Notes: generated by a model from the letters alone, not told the origin. Shown: positions 1 through 13,205, counted from the first letter of the stretch. The stretch: 64,000 nucleotides of DNA from Squalus acanthias (GCA_030390025.1 CM059432.1:78432001-78496000); one strand, 5' to 3'. Numbers and translations: made by a program.

Positions 1-155
1 CAGGCAAAAGGGGTTAAGGGTTACGGAGAGAAGGCGGGGACGGGATACTGAATTGGAGGATCAGCCATGATCTCATTAAATGACGGAGCAGGCTCGAAGG
101 GCAGGATGGCCTACTCCTGCTCCTATCTTCTATGTAATCTATGTAATCTATGTAA
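1..155 (+). mobile_element. CR1 LINE 3' end (runs off window start)
   Basis: GATCAGCCATGATCTCATT..GGAGCAGGCTCGAAGGGC..GGCCTACTCCTGCTCCTAT 3'UTR followed by a (TATGTAATC)n tail, matching other CR1 ends in the window. Confidence 0.9.
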
Positions 156-3100
156 ATACAATGGGAAGAGTTCCTCTGGTCGCTATCGATAGAGATCGTA
201 AACACAATGGGAAGAGTTCCTCTGGTCACTATCGATTGCGATAGTAAATACAATGGGAAAAGTTCCTCTGGTCACTATCGATAGAGATAGTAAACACAAT
301 GGGAAGAGCTCCTCCAGTCACTATAGAACGAGATAGTAAACACAATGGGAGGAGCTCCTCTGATCATTATAGATAGAGATAGTAAACACAATGGGAAGAG
401 TTCCTCTGGTTACTATCGATAGAGATAGTAAACACAATGGGAAGAGTTCCTCCGGTCACTATAGATAACGATGGTAAACACAATAGGAAGAGTTCCTCTG
501 ATCACAATCGATAGAGATAGTAAACACAATGGGAAGAGCAAATCTAGTCACTATCGATAGAGATAGTAAACACAATGGGAAGAGTTCTTCCGGTCACTAT
601 AGATAGCGATAGTAAACACAATGGAAAGAGTTCCTGCAGTCAGTATAGATAGTGATAGTAAACACCATGCGAAGAGTTCGGCTGGTCACGATCGATAGCG
701 ATAGTAAACACAATGGGAAGAGCTCCTCAGGTCACTTTAGATAACGATAGTAAACACAATTGGTAGAGTTCCTTCTGTCACTATTGATAGAGATAGTAAA
801 CACAATGGGTAGAGTTCCTCCGGTCATTATAGATAGAGATAGTAAACACAATGGGAAGAGCTCCTCTGGTCACTTTCGATAGGGATAGTAAACACAATGG
901 GAAGAGTTCTTCCGGTCAGTATAGACAGCGATAGTAAACACAATGTCAAGAGTTCGGCTGGTCACTATTGATAGAAATAGTAAACACAATGGGAAGAGTT
1001 CATTTGGTCACTATAGATAACGATAGTAAACACAATTGGTAGAGTTCCTTCGGTCACTATCGATAGAGATAGGAAACACAATGGGTAGAGTTCCTTCGGT
1101 CACTATAGATAGAGATAGTAAACACAATGGGAAGAGTTCCTACGGTCACTATTGATAGAGATAGTAAGCAAAATGGGAAGTGTTTCCCCGGTCACTATAG
1201 ATAACGATAGTAAATACAATGGGAAGAGTTCCTCTGGTCACTATCAATAGAGATCGTAAACACAATGGCAAGAGTTCCTCTGGTCACTATCGATAGCGAT
1301 AGTAAATACAATGGGAAGAGTTACTCTGGTCACTATCGTTAGAGATAGTAAACACAATGGGAAGAGATCATCCGGTCACTATAGATAGAGATAATAAACG
1401 CAATGGGAAGAGTTACTCTGATCATTATATATAGAGATAGTAAACACAATGGGAAGAGTTACTCTGGTCACTATCGTTAGAGATAGTAAATACAATGGGA
1501 AGAGTTCTTCCTTCACTACAGATAGAGATAGTAAACACAATGGGATGAGCTCCTCTGCTCACTATAGATAGAAATAGTAAACATGATGGGAAAATCCTCT
1601 GGTCACTATAGACAGAGATAGTAAACACAATGGGAAGAGTTCCTCCGGTCACTATAGATAACGATAGAAAACACAATGGGAAGAGTTCGTATGGTCACTA
1701 TAGGTAGCGCAAGTAAACAAAATGGGAAGAGTTTCTCTGATCACTACCGATAGAGATAGTAAACATAATGGGAAGAATTCCTCTGGTCACTATCGATAGC
1801 GACAGTAAACACAATGTGAAGAGTTCCTCTGGTCACTATAGATGGTGATAGCAAACATCAATTGGTAGTGTTCCTTCGGTCACTATCGATAGAGATAGGA
1901 AACACAATGGGAAGAGTTCCTCTGGTCACTAAAGAAAGAGATAGTAAACACAATGGGAAGAGCTCCTCCGGTCACTATAGATAACGATAGTAAACACAAT
2001 GGGAAGAGTTCCTCCGGTCATTATAGATAGAGATAGTAAACACAATGGGAAGAGTTCCTCTGGTCACTGAAGAAAGAGATAGTAAAATCAATGGGAAGAG
2101 TTCCTCTCGTCACTATAGATAGAGATAGTAAACACAATGGGAAGAGTTCCTCTGGTCACTATAGATAGTGCTAGTAAACAAAATGGGAACAGTTCCTCTG
2201 GTCACTAAAGAAAGAGATACTAAACACAATGGGAAGAGCACCTTCGGTCACTATCGATAGAGATAGTAAACACAATGGGAAGAGCACCTTCGGTCACTAT
2301 CGATAGTGATAGTAAACACAATGGGAAGAGCTCCTCCGGTCACTATAGATAGAAATAGTAAACACAATGGGAAGTGTTCCTCTGGTCACTAACGATAGAG
2401 ATAGTAAACACAATGGGAAGAGTTCCTCCGGTCACTATAGATAGAAATAGTAAACACAATGGGAAGTGTTCCTCTGGTCACTAACGATAGAGATAGTAAA
2501 CACAATGGGAAGAGTAATTCCGGTCACTATCGATAGCAATAGTAAACAAATGGGTAGAGCTCCTCAGGTCACTATAGATAACGATAGTAAACACAATGGG
2601 AAGAGTTCCTCCGGTCATTATAGATAGAGATAGTAAACACAATGGGAAGAGTACTTCCGGTCACTATAGACAGCAATAGTAAACAAATGGGAAGAGCTCC
2701 TCAGGTCACTATAGATAACAATAGTAAACACAATGGGAAGAGTTCCTCCGGTCATGATAGATAGCGTTAGTAAACACAATGGGAAGAGTTCTTCTGCTCA
2801 CTACAGATAGAGATAATAAACACAATGGGAGGAGCTCCTCTAGTCATTATAGATAGAGATAGTAAACACAATGGGAAGAGTTCCTCTGGTCACTATTGAT
2901 AGAGATAGTAAACATAATGGGAAGAGTTCCTCTGGTCACTATAGATAGTGATAGTAAACACAATGGGAAGAGCTCCTCCGGTCACTAAAGAAAGAGATAG
3001 TAAACACAATGGGAAGAGTTCCTCTGGTCACTAAAGAAAGAGATAGTAAACAAAATGGGATGAGTTCCTCCGGTCACTATAGCTAGAGATAGTAACCACA

Positions 3101-5412
3101 ATCGGAAGAGTTCCACTGGTCATTATAGACAGAGATAGTAAACACAATGGGAATATTTCCTCCTGTCACTATAGATAGAGATAGTAAACACAATGGGAAG
3201 AGTTCCTCTGGTCACTATTGATAACGATAGTAAACACAATGGGAAGAGTTCCTCCGGTCACTATCGATAGAGATAGTAAACACAAGGGAAATATTTCCTC
3301 CTGTCACTATAGATAGAGATAGTAAACACAATGGGAAGAGTTCCTCTGGTCACTATTGATAGCGCTAGTAAACAAAATGGGAAGAGTTCCTCCGGTCACT
3401 ATAGATAGAGATAGTAACCACAATCGGAAGAGTTCCACTGGTCATTATAGACAGAGATAGTAAACACAATGGGAAGAGCTCCTCCAGTCACTATAGATAA
3501 CGATAGTAAACACAATGGGAAGTGTTCCTCTGGTCACTAAAGAAAGAGATAGTAAACACAATGGGAAGAGTTCCTCCGGTCACTATCGATAGAGATACTA
3601 AACACAATGGGAAGAGCACCTTCGGTCACTATCGATAGAGATAGTAAACACAATGGGAAGAGTTCCTCTGCTTACTATCAATAGTGATAGTAAACACAAT
3701 GGGAAGTGTTCCTCTGGTCACTAACGATAGAGATAGTAAACAAATGGGAAGAGCTCTTCAGGTCACTATAGATAACGATAGTAAACACTATGGGAAGAGT
3801 TCCTCCGGTCATGATAGATAGCATTAGTAAACAAAATGGGAAGAGTTCCTATGGTCACTATAGACAGCGATAGTAAACACAATGGGAAGAGCTCCTCTGG
3901 TCATTATAGATAGTGATAGTAAACACAATGGGAAGAGCTCCTCCGGTCACTAAAGAAAGAGATAGTAAACACAATGGGAAGAGTTCCTCCGGGCACTATA
4001 GATAACGATTGTAAACCCAATGGGAAGAGTTCATCTGGTCACTAAAGAAAGAGATAGTAAACACAATGGGAAGAGTTCCTCTGGTCACTATTGATAGCGC
4101 TAGTAAACAAAATGGGAAGAGTTCCTCCGGTCACTATAGATAGAGATTGTAACCACAATCGGAAGAGTTCCACTGGTCATTATAGACAGAGATAGTAAAC
4201 ACAATGGGAAGAGTTCTTCCGGTTACTATCGCTAGAGATAGTAAACACAATGGGAAGAGTTCCTCCGGTCACTATAGATAGAGATAGTAACCACAATGGG
4301 AAGAGAACCTCTGGTCACTATCGATAGAGATAGTAAACACAATGGGAATATTTCCTCCTGTCACTATAGATAGAGATAGTAACCACAATCAGAGGAGTTC
4401 CACTGGTCATTATAGACAGAGATAGTAAACACAATGGAAGAGTTACTCCGGTCACTATCGATAGAGATAGTAAACACAATGGAAAGAGTTCCTCTGGTCA
4501 CGATAGATAGAGCTAGTAAACTCAAGGGAAGAGTTACTCTGGTCACTATAGATAGAGATAGTAAACACAATGGGAAGAGTTCTTCTGGTCACTATAGATA
4601 GAGATAGTAAGCACAATAGGAAGAGTTACTCCAGTCACTATAGATAGAGATAGTAAACGCAATGGGAAGAGTTCTTCCAGTCACTATCGATAGAGATAGT
4701 AAACACAAGGGAAGAGTTCCTGTGGTCACTGTAGAGAGAGATAGTAAACACAATGGGAATATTTTCTCTGGTCACTATAGATAGCAATGGTAAACACAAT
4801 GGGAAGAGCTCCTCCGGTCACTATAGAGAGAGATAGTAAACACAATGGGAAGAGTTCCACCGGTCACTATAGATGGAGATAGTAAACAGAATGGGAATAT
4901 TTCCTCTGGTCACTATTGATAGAGATAGTAAACACATTGGGAAGAGTTCCTCCGGTCACTATCGATAGAGATAGTAAACACAAGGGAAGAGTTCCTGTGT
5001 TCACTGTAGAGAGAGATAGTAAACACAATGGGAATATTTCCTCAGGTCACTATAGATGGAGATAGTAAACAGAATGGGAATATTTCCTCTGGTCACTATA
5101 GATAGCGATGGTAAATGCAATGGGAAGAGCTCCTCCGGTCAGTATAGAGAGAGATAGTAAACACAATGGGAAGAGTTCCTCTGGTCACTATGGATAGAGA
5201 TAGTAAACACAATGGGAAGAGAACCTCTGGTCACTATAGATAGCGATAGTAAACACAATGGGAAGAGTTCCTCTGGTCATTATAGACAGAGTTAGTAAAC
5301 ACAATGGGAAGAGTTCCTTTGGTCACTATTGATAGAGATGGTAAACGCAATGGGAAGAGTTCCTCCGGTCACTATAGATAGAGATAGTAAACGCAATGGG
5401 AAGAGCTCCTCT
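152..5412. repeat. Tandem satellite, 46-bp unit (consensus ATAGTAAACACAATGGGAAGAGTTCCTCTGGTCACTATAGATAGAG), roughly 114 copies
   Basis: ACAATGG recurs at 158, 204 and onward with period 46 until ~5412; units differ by scattered substitutions. Confidence 0.98.
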
Positions 5413-6644
5413 GAATGCTACTGATGGCAAATTGTAAACTATTCTTTCGAATGTTTTTCTATGCATTTTTCTCCCTTCCCTCTTGAAAGCATTGACTCCT
5501 TGCTGGGTGTATGGATTGCTCACATTATTTGTGAGCCATGATGATGAGTCAGCAGTGTATGTATCCATTTGTTTAAACCATGACCAATCCTGTTCACACT
5601 TTACATCCACATATTTCCAGCTGGCGATTCTGGATAGTAGTCTGGAGTTGAAATCCTGACTGATTTTCCCCTCTTCATCCAGGGTAGGAGCCCAATTTTA
5701 GAGATGTCCTGGTGAAGATCACCTAACTCTACATGAAACAGGAATCAAAGCATGGAACCTTCCAGGTCTCCTGGCTGAACTGGTCACTGAATAAACTCGT
5801 TAAATTATTTGGGAACCCTTTAAATTAATTATTTGAAAATACCCAACCTTTACAATTGCATAAAACTAACCATAAGTTTTTGTTGCTCTTTCATCCCTTG
5901 AGCCAGAGACAATCATACTCTGAGAGTGTGATTTAAAAAAAGTGATTTGTTTTAGGGTATGATTTAACAGTTAGCCATAGTAAAACCATTTGTAGCTGGG
6001 ATATTAACTATGCAGAATACTGTTCTACTGGTGGATTTATAATCTCAAGGTATCAGTCACAGCAAATTCTGTTTGGCTTAATTAGAAAACAAAGTAGATT
6101 TGCACACAAAGTGACACCAATGCAGATATTTTTTGATAGAATCTGTTTCTAGATGTGGATGTGAGATTAACTAAATTATTGATGCAAAAAAGACATCTTT
6201 GATTCACTCTGCTTGAATGAGTCAATTAGATCATTGCATTATTATTTTGAAATAAATAGAAGATTTGTTAACAGTTATTTCACGTCAATCAGAATGTGAC
6301 GTATTTAAAGTATATAAAATGTGCTGAGATCAAAGAGTTCTGCAAAGTAAGATGACCCTTTCATTAAATCCATTGCATTTGAAATATGTTAATGAACAGA
6401 GAATAACAGCTGTTATCAGTTTTAATTTCATGAATAATTTCTTATCAGAAATAAATAATTGTACTTTTCAACACTTGTTATATTTAATATGTGTAATTCT
6501 TCATAAATAAAAACAACCAATTAATTTATAGCTTTGTTTTTGAATGAGGAAGCAGCATTGCGATATCATAATGCTATGATTGAAATTGAATGATTTTAAT
6601 CTAGCAAAATACCAATAATATTTTCATTAATATCTGTATTTAGA

Positions 6645-6750
6645 TGAGGAAAGAAAAGAGGAGGCTCGAAGTGAGCATAAACGCCAGCATGGACTGGTTG
6701 GACTGAATGGCCTGTTTCTGTGCTGTATATCCTATGTAATTCTATGTAAT
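6645..6750 (+). mobile_element. Short CR1-type 3' end fragment
   Basis: GAATGGCCTGTTTCTGTGCTGTA followed by a TATGTAATTCTATGTAAT tail; similar to the end at ~62530-62605. Confidence 0.65.
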
Positions 6751-7070
6751 GTATTAGAATTAAACAACACCTCTGTATGATGACCCATTAAGAACCAGAT
6801 AACAGGGTCTGTGACTTCCAGATAACAATCCAAACATAGTTATGTATTTAGAACGGTGTATTTAATAATAGGTATAATTAGTAACAATGATACAAATCAA
6901 TAACTGCAACAGCACTTCACCATCCATCTCTCTATATATTTCTCTCTACACAGAACTATCTGGGTTTTGACTTATATACCCAACTTTCAACATCCCTTTC
7001 CCATGGGTAAGAGGAACCACAAACTTCACTTTCCTACAGAATTGTTATAAATGTCATGTTAGCTTTAAAT

Positions 7071-7475
7071 GTCAGTTTGGCTCAGCCAGTAGCATTCAGT
7101 GTTAAAAGGCGGACTTGAGCAAATAATCTTGACTGACACTTCAGTCCAGTATTGAGGGACAGCAGCATTGTCAAAGGTGCTGTCTTTTGGATGAGATGGT
7201 AAACTGCTTGTTCAAGATCCCAAGGTCACTATTTGAAGAAGAGCAGGGAGTTCTACTGGTGTCCTGGCCAACACTCTTCCCTCAGCACCAGCAAAACAGA
7301 TTACCTGGTCATTTATCCCATTTGATGTTTGTGGAACCTTGCTGTGTACAAATTGGTAGTCACTTTTCCCTACATAACAACAGTGACTACAATTCAAAAG
7401 TAATTCACTGGCTGGGAATCATTTTGGGATGTCTTGAGAACATGAAATGTGATGTATTATATGAATCAAGTTCTT
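7071..7475 (+). mobile_element. Degenerate DeuSINE (SacSINE1/AmnSINE-like)
   Basis: Colinear with the better copy at 13296-13750 (GTCTTTTGGATGAGATG, CACTATTTGAAGAAGAGCAGGG, AACAGTGACTACA). Confidence 0.8.
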
Positions 7476-8104
7476 CTCATAAAAATTAGTAAAAATTATT
7501 AGAAGCCAGCCTGAATCATAATAACATGGAACCCTCCTCCATGCTAAAGGCCTGTTTAAATCCCATTCTTAATTGTTCGCCTCAATGCAAATTATATTGC
7601 ATAAGACCCAAGCTAGTTTTGTCAGGTTCCCTAAGGATGGGTCTTGCACAAATGTAATAATGATGAGACTTGCTAGGACGGTCTACCAGGAAGACCAGTT
7701 TTTAGCATTCTTACATTTGACTTGCAGATGGCTACACATGATCTATCCTTCCGGAATCCTGTGACACTAGTGCAATTAAAAGTGCTCGAGTGACCCACCT
7801 CTCAGAAGGATAACCTTCTGCTAGACAATTACACTATAGCATATCAGTGACAGTGGCTCTGGAAAAGTTTACTGTTTCATCTCTCTTGTCCCAATGGCTG
7901 AAAACGGAAGCATGGGGAGATCTATGAAAAAAGGCAACTAAGGGTGCATTTACAAGTCTAGCATTGGTATTTTGCCCCAATGTTATGATTGTATCATAAA
8001 TGCAACCTAAATCCAGAGTCAGAGCAAGAGTCCCTGGAAGAAGGAGTCTCTCTCTACTTTGCAGTGGAATTACCTCAACATTTGCAATACACAAATTTTA
8101 GTGA

Positions 8105-8939
8105 AATAACAACTTGCATTTATATGATGCCTTTAACATAAGAAATGTCCCAAGGCACTTTGCATACAAGATTGAGGAAAATGGATGTTGATTCAGGAAG
8201 GGAGAGATTGGTCAAAGAAATGGGTCTTGAGGAGGTTTGTAAAGGTGAAAACACAGGTGGAGAGATTTAGTGAGGGAGTTCAAAAGTGTAGGACCCAGGC
8301 GGCTGAATACTCTCCCCCCAGTGGTGGGATGAAAGGGGAGGAGAATGCACAGAAGGAATCAGAGGAACAAAGTGTTTGGGAGGAGGTATAGGCCTGGAGG
8401 AGAATGCAGAGGTAGAGAGAATGGATTTATAGATAAGGACAAGGATTTTAAATGTGATATTTTGGAGCAGGGTGCATGATAAGTCAACAAGATTAGAAGT
8501 GATTAGCAAGTGGGATTTGGTGCAGGATAGGACATGTGCGGCAGAGTTTTGGATAAGTTGGAGTTTATGAAACATGGAGGATGGGCGGCCAGCAAGGTAG
8601 ATGTTAGAGTAGTTGAGTCAAGAGGTGATGAATAAGGTTTCCAGCAGTGGAGAAGTTGAGGAAGGAGTGATAGCGGACAATGTTGCAAAGGTTTTGTGAT
8701 GGATGGGATGTGGAGTCTAAAGCTCAGGTTAAGTTTGAACCTAATGGTAAGGTTAAGGACGATCTAGTTCAGCCTGAGAGAGTTGTTTGGCAGAGGGATG
8801 GAATCAGTGGAAAAGAAGTGGCATGTTTGGCGAGGGAAGTCGTGAGCCATCCAAGATTGGATGTTGGATTGGCAATCTTACTGCATGAAGACAGCAAGAG
8901 GGTCGAGAGAGTTGGTGGATAGGTAGAGCTGGGTTTCAT
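8105..8939 (-). mobile_element. L2-clade LINE, 3' piece (1 of 3)
   Basis: Minus-strand KLQLIQNSAAHVL..ITFKILVLIYK and SRLDY-like motifs; 3' tail AAGTGCCTTGGGACAT..TATAAATGCAAG. Confidence 0.8.
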
Positions 8940-10134
8940 TGAAAGGGATATTTACTAGTCCTAGCCCCTTTGGGGCTATCCCGGATCAGGCGTATTTCTC
9001 AGATGTTCACTTTCAACTAAAGGTTGAGGTAGCCGAATCCTAAAGACGCTTAACTGGGTCTAAAGGTCTGGGCTATCTCTCCCTAAAGGGAAGGAGCAAT
9101 CCAAGAATGTTACCATCCTCCAGATAGCACTTTTAATAAGTTTAGCTAGACTGTAACGTCCCGGATATTATGAGGGTCCGGAGATCTCCCCTCAGAAATG
9201 TAACTCTTCACCAAAGAATGTACAGAGATTGAGTTCACGAGTTATTGATACAGAAGACTTATGTGAGACAATTCTAAAAATATATAAGAACCGACATGCA
9301 ATTTACAGTTGGTGAATCAGTCAATCGCAATGTTAACAGTTCGAAAAAGAGAAAAAATACGATCTTTTTAACAGAGAATCTTACTTTTAAATCTTAACTT
9401 CGCTACAGTATTACAGTTCTTAAAATTTTCTATACAGGATATCCATCAATATCAAAATACCTTTGATCCCCGAGGTACAAAGAGTGGAAGACCACAGAGC
9501 CACCTCTGTAGTCGAGAATCGCTTTGCCCGATTAAAGCGACTCTGATATCCCATTTGAGACTTCAATATTTATACCCTTTTTCAGTTGTATCCCAGAAGG
9601 TTTCTGCTGATCCAAGTTAATTATCACTATTCATCTTTCTGCTGACCTCGCAATTCTTACTGCTACATCGGCAATAGTGATTGGGAGTTTTTACTATATA
9701 GGTGTGAAGGCAGATGTTCCTTATTTCATGTGTCATCTTTACGAGGGCAGATGTTCCTTATTTTATGTGACATCTTTAAGAGGTTTAATTGAAATCACTT
9801 ATCCAGGGCTGACCATTGTTTTGTTCCCAAAAGTTCAGCCACTCGTAGCCATCCATTCTTCTGTTTCAATAAGGTTATTTATTCAGTGTCAACAACTTGT
9901 CCTGTTTCAATAACCAGAATTCTTTCATAGCTATTTCATAGTTAGGTTTCTAAATTTCCAAACCCAGTTTGTCACATTTTAAAGAATTTATACGGTAGAG
10001 TTCCTTATAAGGTACTCTTCAGGGTAAACCATTGTCTTATCTCAACAATGTGGAGATGCCGGCGTTGGACTGGGGTGGACAAAAATGAGAAGTCGCACAA
10101 CACCAGGTTATAGTCCAACAGATTTATTTAAAAT

Positions 10135-10170
10135 TACAAGCTTTCGGAGCTGTCACCCCTTCCTCAGGTA
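10135..10170 (-). ncRNA. Minimal type I hammerhead ribozyme, mirror copy
   Basis: Reverse complement reads UACCUGAGGAAGGGGUGACAGCUCCGAAAGCUUGUA. Confidence 0.8.
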
Positions 10171-10709
10171 GAGTAACTGTGAGAGAATCTATCAGAATTC
10201 ACAGAATATAAACACAGAGAAAATGCATTCAAATCTTTCCCTACATCAAAGACACACTAAGAGCACAGCCAAGACAATGAGATGTGTCCCAGGGGGTCCA
10301 ACGTGTCAAAACACCTGCTGGCTGCATATCCTCTCCAGTTGGGTTTATTTCTTGTGTTTGTTTTTTTTTAAAAAGCTGGAAAGACCGGCAACGATGTCAA
10401 GTCACGTTCTGTATCGTGACATGAACCCGATATGGCCTCAATCGGGATATCGGGTTCATGTCACGATACAGAACGTGACTTGACATCGTTGCCGGTCTTT
10501 CCAGCTTTTTAAAAAAAAACAAACACAAGAAACAAACCCAACTGGAGAGGATATGCAGCCAGCAGGTGTTTTGACACGTTGGACCCCCTGGGACACATCT
10601 CATTGTCTTGGCTGTGCTCTTAGTGTGTCTTTGATGTAGGGAAAGATTTGAATGCATTTTCTCTGTGTTTATATTCTGTGAATTCTGATAGATTCTCTCA
10701 CAGTTACTC

Positions 10710-10745
10710 TACCTGAGGAAGGGGCGACAGCTCCGAAAGCTTGTA
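10710..10745 (+). ncRNA. Minimal type I hammerhead ribozyme (Penelope-associated)
   Basis: UAC-CUGAGGA-A-GGGGC(GACA)GCUCC-GAAA-GCUU-GUA: conserved core, stem II, palindromic AAGCUU stem III, UAC/GUA stem I. Confidence 0.8.
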
Positions 10746-10873
10746 ATTTTAAATAAATCTGTTGGACTATAACCTGGTGTTGTGCGACTTCTCATTTTTA
10801 TCTCAACAAGGCCAGAATTCTTTCATAAGATAGTATATTTTTCTAAAAAGGTTATATAGTATATTCCTTCACA

Positions 10874-10968
10874 TCATCGATGTACATGTGGAAGCTGACA
10901 CCATGCTTGTGGATGATGTCGATGAGGGGCCGCATATAGATAAGGAAGAAGAGGGGACTGAGGATATA
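10874..10968 (-). mobile_element. L2-clade LINE, middle piece (RT core)
   Basis: Minus strand reads ILSPLF..IYMRPLIDIIHKHGVSFHMYID and joins ETQLY at 8939. Confidence 0.75.
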
Positions 10969-12876
10969 GGATAAAAGGTGACAAACGGATAGAAAAAGCT
11001 ACAAAAAGGGAGTATGAAAAGAAACTTGCAAGGGATATCAAAATCAACACAAAAAATGTTTACAATTATATTAGATCAGGAGCAATGGTGGCCCCTTGAA
11101 AACTGATCATGGTGATATTGTCAATGAAAATAAGGAAATGGTGGACATGTTGAATAATTACCTAACGTCAGTATTTACAGTAGAGGAAGAGGTCAACATC
11201 CCAAGGAAACTAATATAGAATCAGGGACGGGGACTCACCAAAATTAACGTAAGCAAAATAACAGTAATGAAGAAAATAATGGCACTAAAGTGTGACAAAT
11301 CCCCAGGACCAGATGGTTTCCATCCCAGGGTTTTAAAGGAAGTAGGTGAGCACATTGCAGATGCCCTAACTATAATCTTCCAAAGTTCTCTCGATTCAGG
11401 AACCGTTCCTTTAGATTGGAAAATTGTGCATGTCACTCCGCTATGTAAGAATGGTGAGAGAGGGAAACCAGAGAATAATAGACCATTTAGCCTAACATCT
11501 GTTGTCGGGGAAATTACTATAGTATATAATTAAGGATAGGGTGACTGAACACCTTGAAAATTTTTAGCTGATCAGAGAGAGCCAGCATGGATTTGTAAAA
11601 GGTAGGTCATGCCTGACAAACCTAATTGAATTTTTTGAAGAGGTGACTAAAGTAGTGTACAGGGGAATGTCTACTGATGTTATTTATATGGACTTCCAGG
11701 AGGCATTTGATAAAGTCCCTCATAAGAGACTGTTAACTAAAGTTGAAGCCCATGGAATTGAAGGTAAATTATTGACCTGGTTAGGAAATTGGTTGAGCAG
11801 CAGGAGACAGAGAGTAGGGATAATGGGCAGCTACTCTAATTGGCAGGATGTGACTAGTGGTGTCCTGCAAGGATCTGTTTTGGGGCCTCAACTATTCACT
11901 GCATTTATTAATGACTTAGATAATGGGATAGAAAGCCACATATCCAAATTTGCCGATGCCACAAAGATAAACGGCATTGTAAGCAGTGTAGATGGAAGCA
12001 TAAAATTACAAAGAGATATTGATAGATTAAGCGAATGGACAAAACTGTTTGAAATGGATTTCAATGGAGGCAAATATGAGGTCACCACTTTGGACCTAAA
12101 AAGGATAGAACAGTGTACTTTCTAAATGGTGAAAAGCTAAAAACAGTGGAGGTCCAAAGAGACTTGGGGGGTCCAGGTACATAGATCATTAAATGTCATG
12201 AACAGGCACAGAAAATAATCAAAAAGGCTAATGAAATGCTGCCCTTTATATCTAGAGGACTAGAATACAAGGGGGTAGAAGTCATGCTGCAGCTATACAA
12301 AGCCTTCATTAGACCACACCTGGAGTACTGTGAGAAGTTCTGGGCATCTCACCTTAGGAAGGATATATTGGCCTTGGAGGGTAGGTTTACCAGAATGATA
12401 CCTGGACTCCAAGGGTTAAATTACGAGGAGAGATTACACAAACTAGGGTTGTATTCCCTGGAATTTAGAAGGTTAAGGGGTGATTTGATCGAAGTTTTCA
12501 AGATATTAAGTGGAACAGATAGGGTAGATAGAGAGAAACTATTTCCGCTGGTTGGTGAGTCTAGGACTGGGGGACATAGTCTAAAAATTAGAGCCAGACC
12601 TTTCAGGAGTGAAATTAGGAAACACTTCTACATACAAAAGGTGGTAGAAGTTTGAAACTCTCTTCTGCAAATGGCAATTGATGCTAGATAAATTGTTAAT
12701 TTGAAATCTGCAATAAATAGACTTTTGTTAACCAAAGGTATTAAGGGATATGGGGCAAAGGCGGGTATATGGAGTTAGGTCGCAGATCAGCCATGATCTC
12801 ATTGAATGGCGGAACAGGCTTGAGTTGCTAAATGGCCTACTCCTGTTCCTATGTTCCTGTGTTCCTATGTTCCTAT
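10969..12876 (+). mobile_element. 5'-truncated CR1 LINE (frameshifted ORF2 RT)
   Basis: [33 protein letters not shown] motifs; (TATGTTCC)n tail. Confidence 0.95.
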
Positions 12877-13205
12877 CCTTGGGAGACCCAGAAGGTTACA
12901 GTAAGGGAGGTAGGAAAGTGGAGCCATTGCTAGAAATGCACTGGCTGCATTCAGATAGGTAGGAAGGGAATTTTGAAAGAAAGTCTCATGGAGCTGGAAA
13001 ACGGAGGAGGATGGTATGGTTGACTGTATTAAATACCATGGAAAGGTCAAAGAGGATTAAGAGGGATAATGCATGGTCATAGAGAATGTCGCTCATGACT
13101 TTACCTAGAGCTGTTTCGGTGCCAGGAAGGGAAGAAGTCAGACTGGAAGGATTTGAACTGGGAGTTTTGGGAAAGAGGGGCATGGAGCTGGGTGATATTG
13201 ACATC
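12877..13205 (-). mobile_element. L2-clade LINE, 5' piece (3 of 3)
   Basis: Minus-strand TETAL..SLLILFDLSMVFNTVNHTILL and VSQG, continuing into SILSPL at ~10960. Confidence 0.75.

Larger units (their letters stand above)
10049..10799. mobile_element. Penelope-like element as inverted pseudo-LTR pair (353-bp arms) plus a 32-nt unpaired extension
   Basis: 10081-10433 is the reverse complement of 10447-10799 (2 mismatches seen); TSD TTATCTCAACAA at 10037-10048 and 10798-10809; hammerhead cores in both arms. Confidence 0.85.
8940..10873 (-). mobile_element. Probable solo LTR (~1.18 kb once the Penelope insert is removed), inserted in the L2 RT active-site motif
   Basis: TG..CA ends with imperfect terminal inverted repeats (TGAAAGGGATAT / ATATTCCTTCACA), 4-bp TSD TCAT (8936-8939, 10874-10877), no coding capacity, short internal direct repeats; strand inferred from a minus-strand TATAAATA near 9570. 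Confidence 0.65.

Noticed and set aside
152..5412. CRISPR-like array
   Set aside because: Units are head-to-tail with no unique spacers, there are no cas genes and the context is eukaryotic. The ORFs at 14, 1425 and 4364 are repeat translations.
5560..5800. Possible ancient SINE (weak similarity to 58740-58840)
   Set aside because: Too diverged to delimit or classify by eye.
10223..10657. Two near-identical 86-aa ORFs on opposite strands
   Set aside because: Mirror images produced by the palindrome; no recognisable domain.
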